Shown: in pieces, positions 22,542-31,445 of the stretch | How the letters are laid out: each line of letters opens with the position of its first letter | How positions within the stretch are numbered: position 1 is the first letter of the stretch | NCBI GenBank assembly: GCA_000091165.1 | Contig: FP565575.1 | Span: 330,001-362,000, forward strand | DNA: 32,000 nt | Reading direction: 5' to 3' | From: Candidatus Methylomirabilis oxygeniifera | GTDB taxonomy: Bacteria > Methylomirabilota > Methylomirabilia > Methylomirabilales > Methylomirabilaceae | Notes under the pieces: generated by a model | What the model saw: only the letters and a program-made list of their open reading frames with translations | Databases searched by the model: none | What the model was told of the DNA's origin: nothing | Program-made: the position numbers and the translations under genes

Positions 22542-22863
22542 GCTTCTTCGCGATGACGATTACGAATTTGCGGCTGGTCGAGCCTATTATGCAATGTTGC
22601 ACGCGGCTCAGGCTTTGCTGCGAGAGCATGACCTGAGGTATCGCAAACACACGAGCGTACACGCAGCATTCGGGCAGCACTTTGCCAAGACTGGCCGACT
22701 CGATCCAAAATTTCACGGTTGGCTGCTGGATGCCTTTGATGACCGGACCCATGGTGACTACGATGCCGATGTTTCGTTCGATCGGGAGTCCATCGCAATG
22801 CGGATCGAGCAGGCCAGAGAGTTTCTGGCAATCGCCAGGCAGTGCCTGGAAGGGAGCACATGA
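22542..22863 (+). pseudogene. 3' fragment of the HEPN toxin gene
   Basis: The frame reads LLRDDDYEFAAGRAYYAMLHAAQALLREHDLRYRKHTSVHAAFGQHF...DDRTHGDYD...AREFLAIARQCLE, the classic HEPN-domain pattern (aa.raYYa..haa.AlL...k.H.gv...F...R..gDY). The track ORF starts only at the internal Met at 22594. Confidence 0.85.
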
Positions 22864-22896
22864 CCAGCGACCCGCAGGTTGATCGAAGACTTCTTG

Positions 22897-23595
22897 TTAA
22901 TTGGGTCGGTCGGCGGTCGAGGTGGCCAGCACCGTTTTGATGTCGTTCACCATGATCTGTGGTACCAGCGACCCTGCGCTGTAGATGTTGCGCACATTCC
23001 CAGCCTGGTCCAGCAGGAAGACCTTGAGGACGTGACGGTATCGGCCGGTGAAACGGCCGCTCTCATCGTAGACCTTCACCCGATCCTGCCCGTAACTTTC
23101 CAGCACTGTCCGGAGCGCCTGTTCTGAAGGCGCAGTCAGTAGATGCCACAGCGATGGCTCCGCCCCGAAGACCCGTCCGTATTTCGCAAGCTGTTTTGGC
23201 GTATCCTGCCCGGGATCCAGGCTGATAGAAACAAGCACGGCCTGGTCCTGGAGACCCTCGCGTCGCAGCAGCGCCTGAAGCTCCCGAAGCGCCATGCCGG
23301 CCAGAGGGCAACCGAGCCGGTCGGAGCAGGCCGTATAGATGAAGCTGACGACCGCCACCTTGCCGTGCATAAGGGACGCCGTGTTGACACGCCGCCCGGC
23401 GGTATCGATCAGGATGACCGGCGGCACGCGCATGATAATCGGTAGATCGTAAGTACCGGCGGGCGGCGGGGTAAAGTTGGGCGAGAAGACGCCCTGAATA
23501 TACGTCTCCTCCAATTCCAGGATTTGGTGACCGTCGGCTGCGCGGAAATCCATCGTGAGAATGGCTGCCGCAACCCAGATACCAGTCGGTATCAA
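22897..23595 (-). CDS. SCO1/SenC-family thioredoxin-fold protein with a variant Cys motif; start uncertain
   Basis: KVAVVSFIYTACSDRLGCPL (Cx5C instead of the usual CxxxC), ISLDPGQDTPKQLAKY and RHVLKVFLLDQAGNVRNIY fit the Sco family. A TM anchor (IPTGIWVAAAILT) follows a candidate TTG start at 23595. ATG 23553 would lack the anchor. The ORF stays open up to ATG 23808, through a repeat element. Confidence 0.7.
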   Translation of the reverse strand: MIPTGIWVAAAILTMDFRAADGHQILELEETYIQGVFSPNFTPPPAGTYDLPIIMRVPPVILIDTAGRRVNTASLMHGKVAVVSFIYTACSDRLGCPLAGMALRELQALLRREGLQDQAVLVSISLDPGQDTPKQLAKYGRVFGAEPSLWHLLTAPSEQALRTVLESYGQDRVKVYDESGRFTGRYRHVLKVFLLDQAGNVRNIYSAGSLVPQIMVNDIKTVLATSTADRPN

Positions 23596-23619
23596 CCAGT
23601 ACCGCCTGCGCCGGTTGCT

Positions 23620-23782
23620 GTCATTGCGAGCGACCGAAGGGAGCGCGGCAATCCGACACGCAGTGTCGTTGCGAGGCAAAGCCGAAGCAATCTTCTGCGA
23701 GATCCCTCCTTGCACTCGGGATGACCCTTTGGGCCAGATTGCTTCGGTCCCCTTTGCTTCGCTCTGGGTCCCTCGCAATGAC
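23620..23782. repeat. Composite REP/MITE-like element (GTCATTGCGAG family)
   Basis: It starts GTCATTGCGAGCGACCGAAGGGAGCGCGGCAATC, which differs at 2 positions from the first 33 nt of 16744-16833. It contains the palindrome CGACACgcaGTGTCG, the internal units TTGCGAGGCAAAGCCGAAGCAATC and GGGATGAC, and ends GATTGCTTCGG...CCTCGCAATGAC. Confidence 0.8.
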
Positions 23783-23810
23783 CCCAAGAGACTTTCCGGG
23801 TAACGCATGG

Positions 23811-25061
23811 CTACTCACCCTTGGTGCGCAGCCCCTTACTTCCGAAGTTCATGAGGTGAGCCCGTCCCACCGAGTTGAAGTCGGTCGTAAACTTGTGCGC
23901 GAGCTTCCCGTTCTCCCACGCATAGGCCTTCAGCCAGTAGTCCCCCGGCTTATCCCATTTCGAGAGGAGCGAGTTGGTGACGTAGAGGCGTGTGCCATCC
24001 CACGATTCGGAGACCATATTGGCCATCTCACCCACCTTCACCTGTTCGATCAGCTTCGGTTTGAAGGGATTGGCGATATCATAGACTCGCAGCCTCCCGT
24101 CCATGAACGACGCCACGTACAGCTTGCTGTCGTCCGGTGCGATGCTGATATCGACGGGGAGGGTATCGCCGAGGTCGGCGACGGACTTGGCGGCCCAGGT
24201 ACCATCCTCCTGCTGGTGGATGAGGACAAGCTGGTGGGCCAGCGCCGTCGCTGTAAAGGCGTAATAGTGGTTCGGCTGGAGTGCCCAGCGCAGCTCCAAC
24301 GGTGCGCCGGGGACTTGCAGGACCTGTAGCGGCTTGCGGGCATGGAAGTCCCACACGACGACTGTATCGCCGAACTCCTTCATCGCCTCCGCGTCTTTGA
24401 TCAACTCGCCGAGCGGCCGCATGAAGTTTTTCTTGCCGGTGAAGGAGGAGGTCAGCATCCGGTTCAGATTGATGTTGACCCGCACATCATAGCCATAGGG
24501 CGCCTCCTTCGGCATCCAGATCGTTCGGATAAAACGCCCTTCGTTGGAGTACTCCGCGAGCCCTGTCCTGCCTGAACTGTCGTTCGCGTTCGAGAGTGCT
24601 GTAATCAACATCCGTCCCGGCAGGGCATAGAAGGTGTGGGGACCGACAAGACCGCCCGTGTCTTTCACAAAACTTGTAATCGTTTTGACCAGCTTGGGCC
24701 TGGCTGGATCTGAGGCAACATCGAAGATGAAGATGTGGCTGTCGTCCAGACCTCCCGCCCACAGATACCGCCGATCGTCGGTAAATCCGGCATGGTGGGC
24801 CTCATGCCGCCCAGGGACAGACACCCGATGGATAATCTGCCCGTAGGTCTTGGACTTGGGATGTACGTCAACGGTGACGAGGCTATCGTTGCCGTCGCCC
24901 ACCCCCTTGATTCCCAGCGTCCAGACATAGACATAGTCCTCCTGCCCGGTCACCTTTGGGAGGAACGGTGACTGGCAGGTCTCATCGGCGAAGGCAGGGC
25001 CACCCATCAGCATCACGGCCACGAGCCACAGCATTCCTGTCAGGCGAGATAGTGTTTTCAT
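23811..25061 (-). CDS. Selenium-binding protein (SBP56) family protein, methanethiol oxidase (MtoX)-like, secreted
   Basis: 416 aa. Signal peptide MKTLSRLTGMLWLVAVMLMGGPAFA. YVYVWTLG...DSLVTVDV, HEAHHAGF, GPHTFYALPGRML, YGYDVRVN and LYVTNSLLSKWD are typical of the bacterial SBP56 beta-propeller family. Confidence 0.8.
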   Translation of the reverse strand: MKTLSRLTGMLWLVAVMLMGGPAFADETCQSPFLPKVTGQEDYVYVWTLGIKGVGDGNDSLVTVDVHPKSKTYGQIIHRVSVPGRHEAHHAGFTDDRRYLWAGGLDDSHIFIFDVASDPARPKLVKTITSFVKDTGGLVGPHTFYALPGRMLITALSNANDSSGRTGLAEYSNEGRFIRTIWMPKEAPYGYDVRVNINLNRMLTSSFTGKKNFMRPLGELIKDAEAMKEFGDTVVVWDFHARKPLQVLQVPGAPLELRWALQPNHYYAFTATALAHQLVLIHQQEDGTWAAKSVADLGDTLPVDISIAPDDSKLYVASFMDGRLRVYDIANPFKPKLIEQVKVGEMANMVSESWDGTRLYVTNSLLSKWDKPGDYWLKAYAWENGKLAHKFTTDFNSVGRAHLMNFGSKGLRTKGE

Positions 25062-25371
25062 GCTCGTTCCTCTCTATCGGCGTTTGTGGATTGTCGCAAC
25101 CCAGGCGTATTCTTTCATACCCCACCAACTCGGGTCAAGCCACGCTTCCGCCTTTGGCTACCTCAGGCAATCTCACCAATCATTCTCTTTCTCTTTACAA
25201 CTCCTTGACGCTTCAGGCCTCGATTTTAACGGCCTTTTGATTTGACGCGACGAGACCTCGATAGTACGTTGACTATGAAGGGTCGTGCTGCGCAACCTGT
25301 CGCCTCACCAGGCGGGGTCACGGCAGGCCCACCGACCCTCAAGGACGTTGACTACGAACTGAGAATTAGCC

Positions 25372-27312
25372 ATGCCTATTATCGACGAAGAGACCGAGCT
25401 CAACGTATTTGAGCGGGTCGCAGAGTACCAGCCCGCTCCCTCGTGGCGTACCTGGCTCTTTGGCCGCCCGCTACAGAGCGCAGATGCGCCGCATCAAACC
25501 ATCGGCAAGACGGTCGGCCTGGCTGTATTCGCCTCTGACGCGCTCTCGTCTACCGCCTATGCGACGGACGAAATTCTGTTTGTTCTGGCCGCGGTAGGGA
25601 TTGCGGCCTTCGCGTATGCCCTTCCAATCTCGCTGGCCATTGTCGCGTTGCTCACAATCCTCACCCTCTCGTATGAACAGACCATCCACGCCTATCCGGG
25701 CGGCGGAGGCGCGTACATTGTGGCTCGTGACAATCTGGGCGAGCTCCCGGCCCAAACGGCGGGTGCGGCGCTCCTCACGGATTACATCCTCACGGTATCC
25801 GTCTCTGTCGCGTCGGGTGTGGCCCAGCTCACCTCTGCCTACCCGTTCCTCATTCCCTATCGGGTGGTATTGTCGGTCGGGTTCATCCTCTTCATCATGC
25901 TGATTAACCTGCGCGGCGTCAGGGAATCGGGCGTCACCTTCTCCATCCCTACGTACTTCTTCCTCGCGATGATGTTCTCGACCGTCGGGATCGGCTTCTA
26001 CCGCTACATGACAGGGAGCCTTGACGCGGTCGTCAATCCGCCGTCCCTGCGAGCCCCCGAGATGGCCTCGGTGTCGCTCTTCCTGATCCTCCATGCCTTT
26101 TCGAACGGTACCACTGCCGTTACGGGAGTGGAGGCTATCTCCAACGGCATTACGGCATTTAAGGAGCCGAGGAGCCGCAATGCTGGGATGACGCTGATCT
26201 GGATGTCGGCCGTCCTGGGCACGCTGTTCCTGGGCATCACCTTCCTGGCGGTCAAGGTCGGCGCCCTCCCTTCGGAACAAGAGACCGTGATCTCGCAACT
26301 GGCTCGCACAGTCTTCCAGGGGCAGGGGCTGCTCTACCTGGCCACCATTGCGGGCACGACCCTCATCCTGGTTATGGCCGCCAACACCGCCTTTGCGGAC
26401 TTCCCCCGACTCAGCGCCCTGCAGGCCGGTGACGGCTTTTTGCCTCGCCAACTCACCTACCGAGGCAGCCGGCTCGTTTTCTCGCGTGGCATTGTCGCCC
26501 TTGCCCTCATTGCCTCTCTCCTGATCGTGCTGTTCCAGGCCAGCGTGACCGCCTTGATCCCACTGTACGCCATCGGGGTGTTCCTCTCCTTTACGCTCTC
26601 GCAGGCCGGCATGGCCCGTCGCTGGTGGAAGGTCGGCCGCCTCGCGCCCGGCCAGGAGGTGCAGGAGCGCGGCTCGACGCTCCGTTATGATCCACGCTGG
26701 GCGCTGAAGATGGGAATCAACGGGTTCGGCTCGTTCTGCACGGCAGTCGTGATGCTGGTCTTCACCATCACCAAGTTCCGCGACGGAGCGTGGATTGTCG
26801 CCCTCCTTGTGCCCGCGATGGTTGTGGTGTTCTGGGCCATCCACCACCACTACCGAGACCTGGCCGCGCACCTGTCGTTGGAGGACTTCGGTCCGCCCCA
26901 GCGTATGTCGCGGCACAGGGTGATCATGCCCATCAGCGGCGTCCATCGCGGGACCGTTGCCGCGCTTCGCTACGCCCGATCACTCTCCGACGACATCACG
27001 GCGGTCTACGTCTCCATGGATCCGGCTGAAGCCGAGCGGGTGCGCAGCAAGTGGGAATGGTGGGGAGAGGGGGTCCGCCTCATGGTTCTCCATTCCCCCT
27101 ACCGGCTGTTCCTCGAACCTCTGGTTGGCTACATCGAGGAGATTGCGGCTCAGCGCCAACCCAATGAGACTATTACCATTGTTGTGCCGCAGTTCGTGCC
27201 TCGCCGACGGTGGCATAACCTTATGCATACGCAAGCAGCCATGTGGTTGCGGATGGCCTTACTCTTTAAACGCGGGGTTGTGGTGACCAACGTCCCCTAC
27301 CAGCTCGAGTAA
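25372..27312 (+). CDS. kimA: APC-superfamily transporter of the KimA (YdaO) K+/H+ symporter type, with a C-terminal cytoplasmic domain
   Basis: 646 aa. FGRPLQS..A....IGKTVGLAVFASDALSSTAYATDEIL, SYEQTIHAYPGGGGAYIVARDNLGE, LLTDYILTVSVS, ALTGVEAISNGI-type TGVEAISNGITAFKEP, and a C-terminal region (PISGVHRGTVAALRYARSLSDDITAVYVS...VVPQFVPRRRWHNLMHTQ) parallel what I recall of B. subtilis KimA. It lies directly upstream of kdp. Confidence 0.7.
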   Translation: MPIIDEETELNVFERVAEYQPAPSWRTWLFGRPLQSADAPHQTIGKTVGLAVFASDALSSTAYATDEILFVLAAVGIAAFAYALPISLAIVALLTILTLSYEQTIHAYPGGGGAYIVARDNLGELPAQTAGAALLTDYILTVSVSVASGVAQLTSAYPFLIPYRVVLSVGFILFIMLINLRGVRESGVTFSIPTYFFLAMMFSTVGIGFYRYMTGSLDAVVNPPSLRAPEMASVSLFLILHAFSNGTTAVTGVEAISNGITAFKEPRSRNAGMTLIWMSAVLGTLFLGITFLAVKVGALPSEQETVISQLARTVFQGQGLLYLATIAGTTLILVMAANTAFADFPRLSALQAGDGFLPRQLTYRGSRLVFSRGIVALALIASLLIVLFQASVTALIPLYAIGVFLSFTLSQAGMARRWWKVGRLAPGQEVQERGSTLRYDPRWALKMGINGFGSFCTAVVMLVFTITKFRDGAWIVALLVPAMVVVFWAIHHHYRDLAAHLSLEDFGPPQRMSRHRVIMPISGVHRGTVAALRYARSLSDDITAVYVSMDPAEAERVRSKWEWWGEGVRLMVLHSPYRLFLEPLVGYIEEIAAQRQPNETITIVVPQFVPRRRWHNLMHTQAAMWLRMALLFKRGVVVTNVPYQLE

Positions 27313-27336
27313 TCACGGGGAGTCAGGAGGACCAAG

Positions 27337-27420
27337 GTGCTGGATCTCGTCTATGTGGGCGTGGCGATTGCCTGCTTCGCGCTTTCGTGGGCGCTGATCA
27401 GACTGTGTGAGCGCCTTTAG
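27337..27420 (+). CDS. Candidate 27-aa membrane peptide between kimA-like gene and kdpF
   Basis: It is below the ORF-track cutoff. AGGAGG (27324-27329) lies 7 nt before GTG 27337. The peptide is MLDLVYVGVAIACFALSWALIRLCERL, with a stop at 27418-27420, 9 nt before kdpF. Confidence 0.4.
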   Translation: MLDLVYVGVAIACFALSWALIRLCERL

Positions 27421-27429
27421 GAGGTATTG

Positions 27430-27522
27430 ATGATCTCACTCTACTGGTTCGGCGGGATTGTGGCCGTCGGCCTGTTAATCTATCTGGTCGTCGCGCTGCT
27501 CAAACCGGAGGTCTTCTCGTGA
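27430..27522 (+). CDS. kdpF: K+-transporting ATPase subunit F
   Basis: 30 aa: [30 protein letters not shown], with the typical KdpF ...YLvvALl.PE.F ending. GGAGG lies upstream. Its stop overlaps the kdpA GTG (GTGA). Confidence 0.8.
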   Translation: MISLYWFGGIVAVGLLIYLVVALLKPEVFS

Positions 27523-29324
27523 CCGCGAACGGCTATGCCCAGTTGGGATTGTACATGGTCGTCCTGCTTGCCCTCGCCAAACCGCTCGGCGCCTATATGG
27601 CCCGCGTCTATGAGGGCCGACCGTTCGGCCTCGATCGACTCCTTGGCCCGTTCGAGCGGTGGATCTACCGCCTCTCGGGGATCCGCGCAGACGACGAGAT
27701 GCGATGGCAGACATACGCAAGGGCGATGCTGCTCTTTAACCTGACAGGCGTGCTAATGGTCTATGCCCTCCAGCGGATGCAGGGTCTGCTCCCGCTCAAT
27801 CCGCAGTCGCTCGGACCGGTGTCGCCTGACTCCGCGTTCAACACCGCCGTCAGTTTCGCCACAAACACCAACTGGCAGGGGTACGGAGGCGAGACCACGA
27901 TGAGCTACCTGACGCAGATGCTGGGGCTGACGGTCCAGAACTTCCTCTCGGCGGCGACCGGCATGGCGGTTCTCGTGGCCTTCATTCGCGGCCTGGCGCG
28001 TCGCTCCGCCCAGACCATCGGCAGTTTCTGGGTGGACCTCACCCGCACCACCCTCTATATCCTCCTGCCGCTCTCGCTCGTCCTCGCCCTGGCGCTGGCG
28101 TCGCAGGGGGTCGTGCAGACGTTTGGGCCATACGCCAAGGCGAGTGTCGTTCAACCAACCACCTACGACGAACCGGTGACGGACAAAGACGGGACACCTG
28201 TGCTCGACGAGAAGGGCCGGCCGGTGACGAAAAAGGCGAGGTTGACGGAGCAGGTGATCGCGCTCGGCCCCGTCGCGTCCCAGGTTGCCATTAAGCAGCT
28301 CGGGACTAATGGCGGCGGTTTCTTCAACGTGAACTCGGCGCATCCCTATGAGAACTCGACACCTCTCTCGAACTTCCTCGAGTTGCTGGCCATCCTGTTG
28401 ATTCCCGCGGCCCTCTGTCACACCTTCGGGGTCATGGTCAAGGATACGCGCCAGGGCTGGGCTATCCTCGCGGCCATGACCATCATGTTCGTCGGCCTGC
28501 TCGCCCTCTGCGTCGGCGCTGAGCAAGGCGGCAATCCCCTGCTGACCGGACTGGGGATCGATCAGCACGCCGGCGAGCTGCAGGCGGGCGGCAACATGGA
28601 AGGGAAGGAGGTCCGCTTCGGCATCGTCAACTCGGCGCTGTGGGCCACGGCGACGACCGCGGCCTCCAACGGCTCGGTGAATGCGATGCACGACTCCTTC
28701 ACACCGCTGGGCGGCCTGGCTCCGATATGGCTGATACAGCTTGGGGAGGTCGTCTACGGCGGCGTCGGCTCGGGGCTGTACGGCATGCTGGTCTTCGCCA
28801 TCATTGCCGTGTTCGTGGCGGGCTTGATGGTGGGGCGCACACCCGAGTATCTGGGGAAGAAGATCGAGGCCTACGAAATGAAGATGGCCTCCCTGGTGAT
28901 CCTGATCCCTCCCGCCCTGGTGTTGCTTGGCACAGCGGTCGCCGTTGTCACCAGTGGCGGCAAGGCCGGGATCTCAAACCCCGGCCCCCACGGCTTCAGC
29001 GAAATCCTGTACGCCTTCTCCTCGGCCGGCAACAACAACGGAAGCGCCTTTGCCGGCTTAGGCGCCAACACGCCCTTTTATAACATCTCGCTGGGGGTGG
29101 CGATGTTCTTTGCTCGCTACTGGCTGGCCATCCCGACCCTGGCGATCGCGGGGTCGCTCGCCGGCAAGAAGCCCGTCCCGCCCGGCCCAGGGACTCTCCC
29201 CACCCACACCCCCCTCTTTGTGGCGCTTCTCATCAGCGTTGTGGTCATTGTCGGGGCGCTGACGTTTTTTCCGGCGCTCGCCCTGGGACCCATCGTGGAG
29301 CATCTGATCATGATGTCGTCATAG
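27519..29324 (+). CDS. kdpA: K+-transporting ATPase subunit A
   Basis: 601 aa and polytopic. [66 protein letters not shown] and NNGSAFAGL are KdpA selectivity-filter-type motifs. Confidence 0.95.
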   Translation: MTANGYAQLGLYMVVLLALAKPLGAYMARVYEGRPFGLDRLLGPFERWIYRLSGIRADDEMRWQTYARAMLLFNLTGVLMVYALQRMQGLLPLNPQSLGPVSPDSAFNTAVSFATNTNWQGYGGETTMSYLTQMLGLTVQNFLSAATGMAVLVAFIRGLARRSAQTIGSFWVDLTRTTLYILLPLSLVLALALASQGVVQTFGPYAKASVVQPTTYDEPVTDKDGTPVLDEKGRPVTKKARLTEQVIALGPVASQVAIKQLGTNGGGFFNVNSAHPYENSTPLSNFLELLAILLIPAALCHTFGVMVKDTRQGWAILAAMTIMFVGLLALCVGAEQGGNPLLTGLGIDQHAGELQAGGNMEGKEVRFGIVNSALWATATTAASNGSVNAMHDSFTPLGGLAPIWLIQLGEVVYGGVGSGLYGMLVFAIIAVFVAGLMVGRTPEYLGKKIEAYEMKMASLVILIPPALVLLGTAVAVVTSGGKAGISNPGPHGFSEILYAFSSAGNNNGSAFAGLGANTPFYNISLGVAMFFARYWLAIPTLAIAGSLAGKKPVPPGPGTLPTHTPLFVALLISVVVIVGALTFFPALALGPIVEHLIMMSS

Positions 29325-29338
29325 CCGGGAGAGAGCTG

Positions 29339-31406
29339 ATGGCCGCTCGAGGCAAGACCCGCTCATTATTCGATCCCGCCATCGTGCGTCAGGCGGTAGT
29401 GGATGCCTTCCGCAAACTTGCGCCGCAGCGCCAGGTGCGCAACCCGGTCATGTTCGTGGTCTACATCGGCTCCATGCTGACAACGGGACTATTCATCCAG
29501 GCGCTGTTCGGCAGAGGTGAGGCGCCGGCCGGGTTCATCCTGGCAATCTCGGTCTGGCTCTGGTTCACGGTGCTCTTCGCCAATTTCGTCGAGGCGATGG
29601 CCGAGGGGCGAGGCAAGGCGCAGGCGGCATCGCTGCGAAAGGCGCGACGGGACGTCCAGGCCAAGCTTCTCACGCGTCCCGAGCGGAGCGGCGAGCACAC
29701 GATGGTCCCGGCCACGGCGTTGCGGAAGGGCGACGTGGTGCTGGTGGAGGCGGGTGACACCATCCCGGCCGACGGCGAGGTGATCGAAGGGATCGCCTCG
29801 GTGAACGAGGCCGCCATCACCGGCGAGAGCGCGCCGGTCATCCGCGAGAGCGGTGGCGACCGCAGCGCGGTAACCGGCGGGACCCAGGTCCTCTCCGACT
29901 GGCTGATCGTGCGGATAGCGGCGAATCCGGGCGAAGCTTTCCTGGATCGGATGATTGCGCTGGTTGAAGGGGCCAAACGTCAGAAGACGCCCAACGAGAT
30001 CGCGCTCGACATCCTGTTGGCGGCGTTGACCATTATCTTCCTGCTTGCGACCGCCACCGTGCCGCCGTTTTCGATCTACAGCGCTGAGGCCGCCGGGCAG
30101 GGCAGCCCCGTGACGGTGACGGTCCTCGTTGCGCTGCTCGTCTGCCTGATCCCCACGACCATCGGCGGGCTGCTGTCATCCATCGGCATCGCCGGGATGG
30201 ACAGGATGATCCAGAAAAACGTCATCGCCATGTCAGGGCGCGCCGTGGAGGCCGCCGGCGATGTTGACGTCCTCCTGCTCGATAAGACCGGTACCATTAC
30301 CCTCGGCAATCGCCAGGCCACCGCCTTCATACCGACGCAAGGGGTCGATGAGCAGGCACTGGCGGATGCGGCCCAACTCGCCTCGCTCTCCGACGAGACG
30401 CCGGAGGGCCGCTCGATCGTCGTCCTCGCCAAGGAGCGGTACGGCCTTCGCGAGCGTGACCTTCACGTCCTGGGAGCGACCTTCGTTCCTTTTACCGCCC
30501 AGACCCGGATGAGCGGGGTCAGCCTGAACGGCCGCGAGATCCGTAAGGGCGCCGCGGATGCCATCGAATCATATGTGCGACGCCTCGGGGGGAAGTTTCC
30601 GCCGGATGTTCGCGCCAAGGTGGACATGATCGCCAAGCACGGCGGGACGCCCTTGGTGGTCGCCGACGGCGCCAGAGTGCTCGGCGCGGTGCAGCTCAAA
30701 GATATCGTCAAGGGAGGGATCAGAGAGCGGTTCCTTGAGCTGAGGGGCAGTGGGGATCAAGACGATCATGATCACCGGGGACAACCCGCTGACCGCGGCC
30801 GCGATTGCGGCGGAGGCAGGCGTGGACGAGTTCCTGGCTGAGGCGACGCCGGAGGCCAAGCTCACGCTGATCCGCGAGCTGCAGGCGCAGGGTCGCCTGG
30901 TGGCGATGACCGGCGATGGGACCAACGACGCCCCGGCGCTGGCCCAGGCGGACGTCGCGGTGGCCATGAATACCGGGACGCAGGCGGCGAAAGAGGCCGG
31001 CAACATGGTAGACCTCGATTCGAACCCGACGAAGCTCCTGGAAGTGGTCGAGACGGGTAAGCAGATGCTCATGACGCGGGGCGCGCTGACAACCTTCAGC
31101 ATCGCCAACGACGTGGCCAAGTATTTCGCGATCATCCCGGCGGCCTTTGCGACCACCTACCCTGCCCTGGGCGCGCTGAACATCATGCAGCTCGCTACGC
31201 CGGCCAGCGCTATCCTTTCGGCCGTCATCTTCAATGCGCTGATCATCATCGCGCTGATCCCGCTGTCGCTTCGCGGGGTCCGCTATCGGGCGGTCGGCGC
31301 GGCCGTGCTGTTGCGGCGCCACCTGTGGATCTACGGGGCCGGGGGGCTTGTAGCGCCGTTCATCGGAATCAAGCTCATCGATCTCTTGCTCCTGGCCTTT
31401 CCATAA
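29339..31406 (+). pseudogene. kdpB: K+-transporting P-type ATPase subunit B, broken by a +1 frameshift at a G4 run (or a sequencing error)
   Basis: Two ORFs, 29339-30841 and 30750-31406, together make one KdpB: DKTGTIT near 30285, then ...[11 protein letters not shown] | (V)[36 protein letters not shown]...[21 protein letters not shown]. The frames switch at GGGG 30744-30747. Confidence 0.9.
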
Positions 31407-31445
31407 GTCGGGTCAACGGCGTCACCAGACAGGGGAGTGGATGAT

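Noticed and set aside
25155-25175. 12-nt match GGCAATCTCACC to the core of the 16744-16833 repeat
   Set aside because: The flanking sequence does not match the repeat arms. This could be chance or a highly degraded copy, which is too weak to call.
25062-25371. Looked for a c-di-AMP (ydaO/kimA-type) riboswitch upstream of the KimA-like gene
   Set aside because: By eye I could not find the conserved paired GGGGA/CCCA and ACCUCGUAAGCG-like segments of that riboswitch class. Only generic GC-rich stems are present (for example CACCAGGCGGGGTCACGGCAGGCCCACC). A covariance-model scan (Rfam ydaO-yuaA) would be decisive.
25471-26946. 491-aa minus-strand ORF opposite the KimA-like transporter
   Set aside because: It is a shadow ORF. 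Its composition is dominated by R/G/E/D/H with no hydrophobic core, and the plus strand encodes a coherent polytopic transporter.
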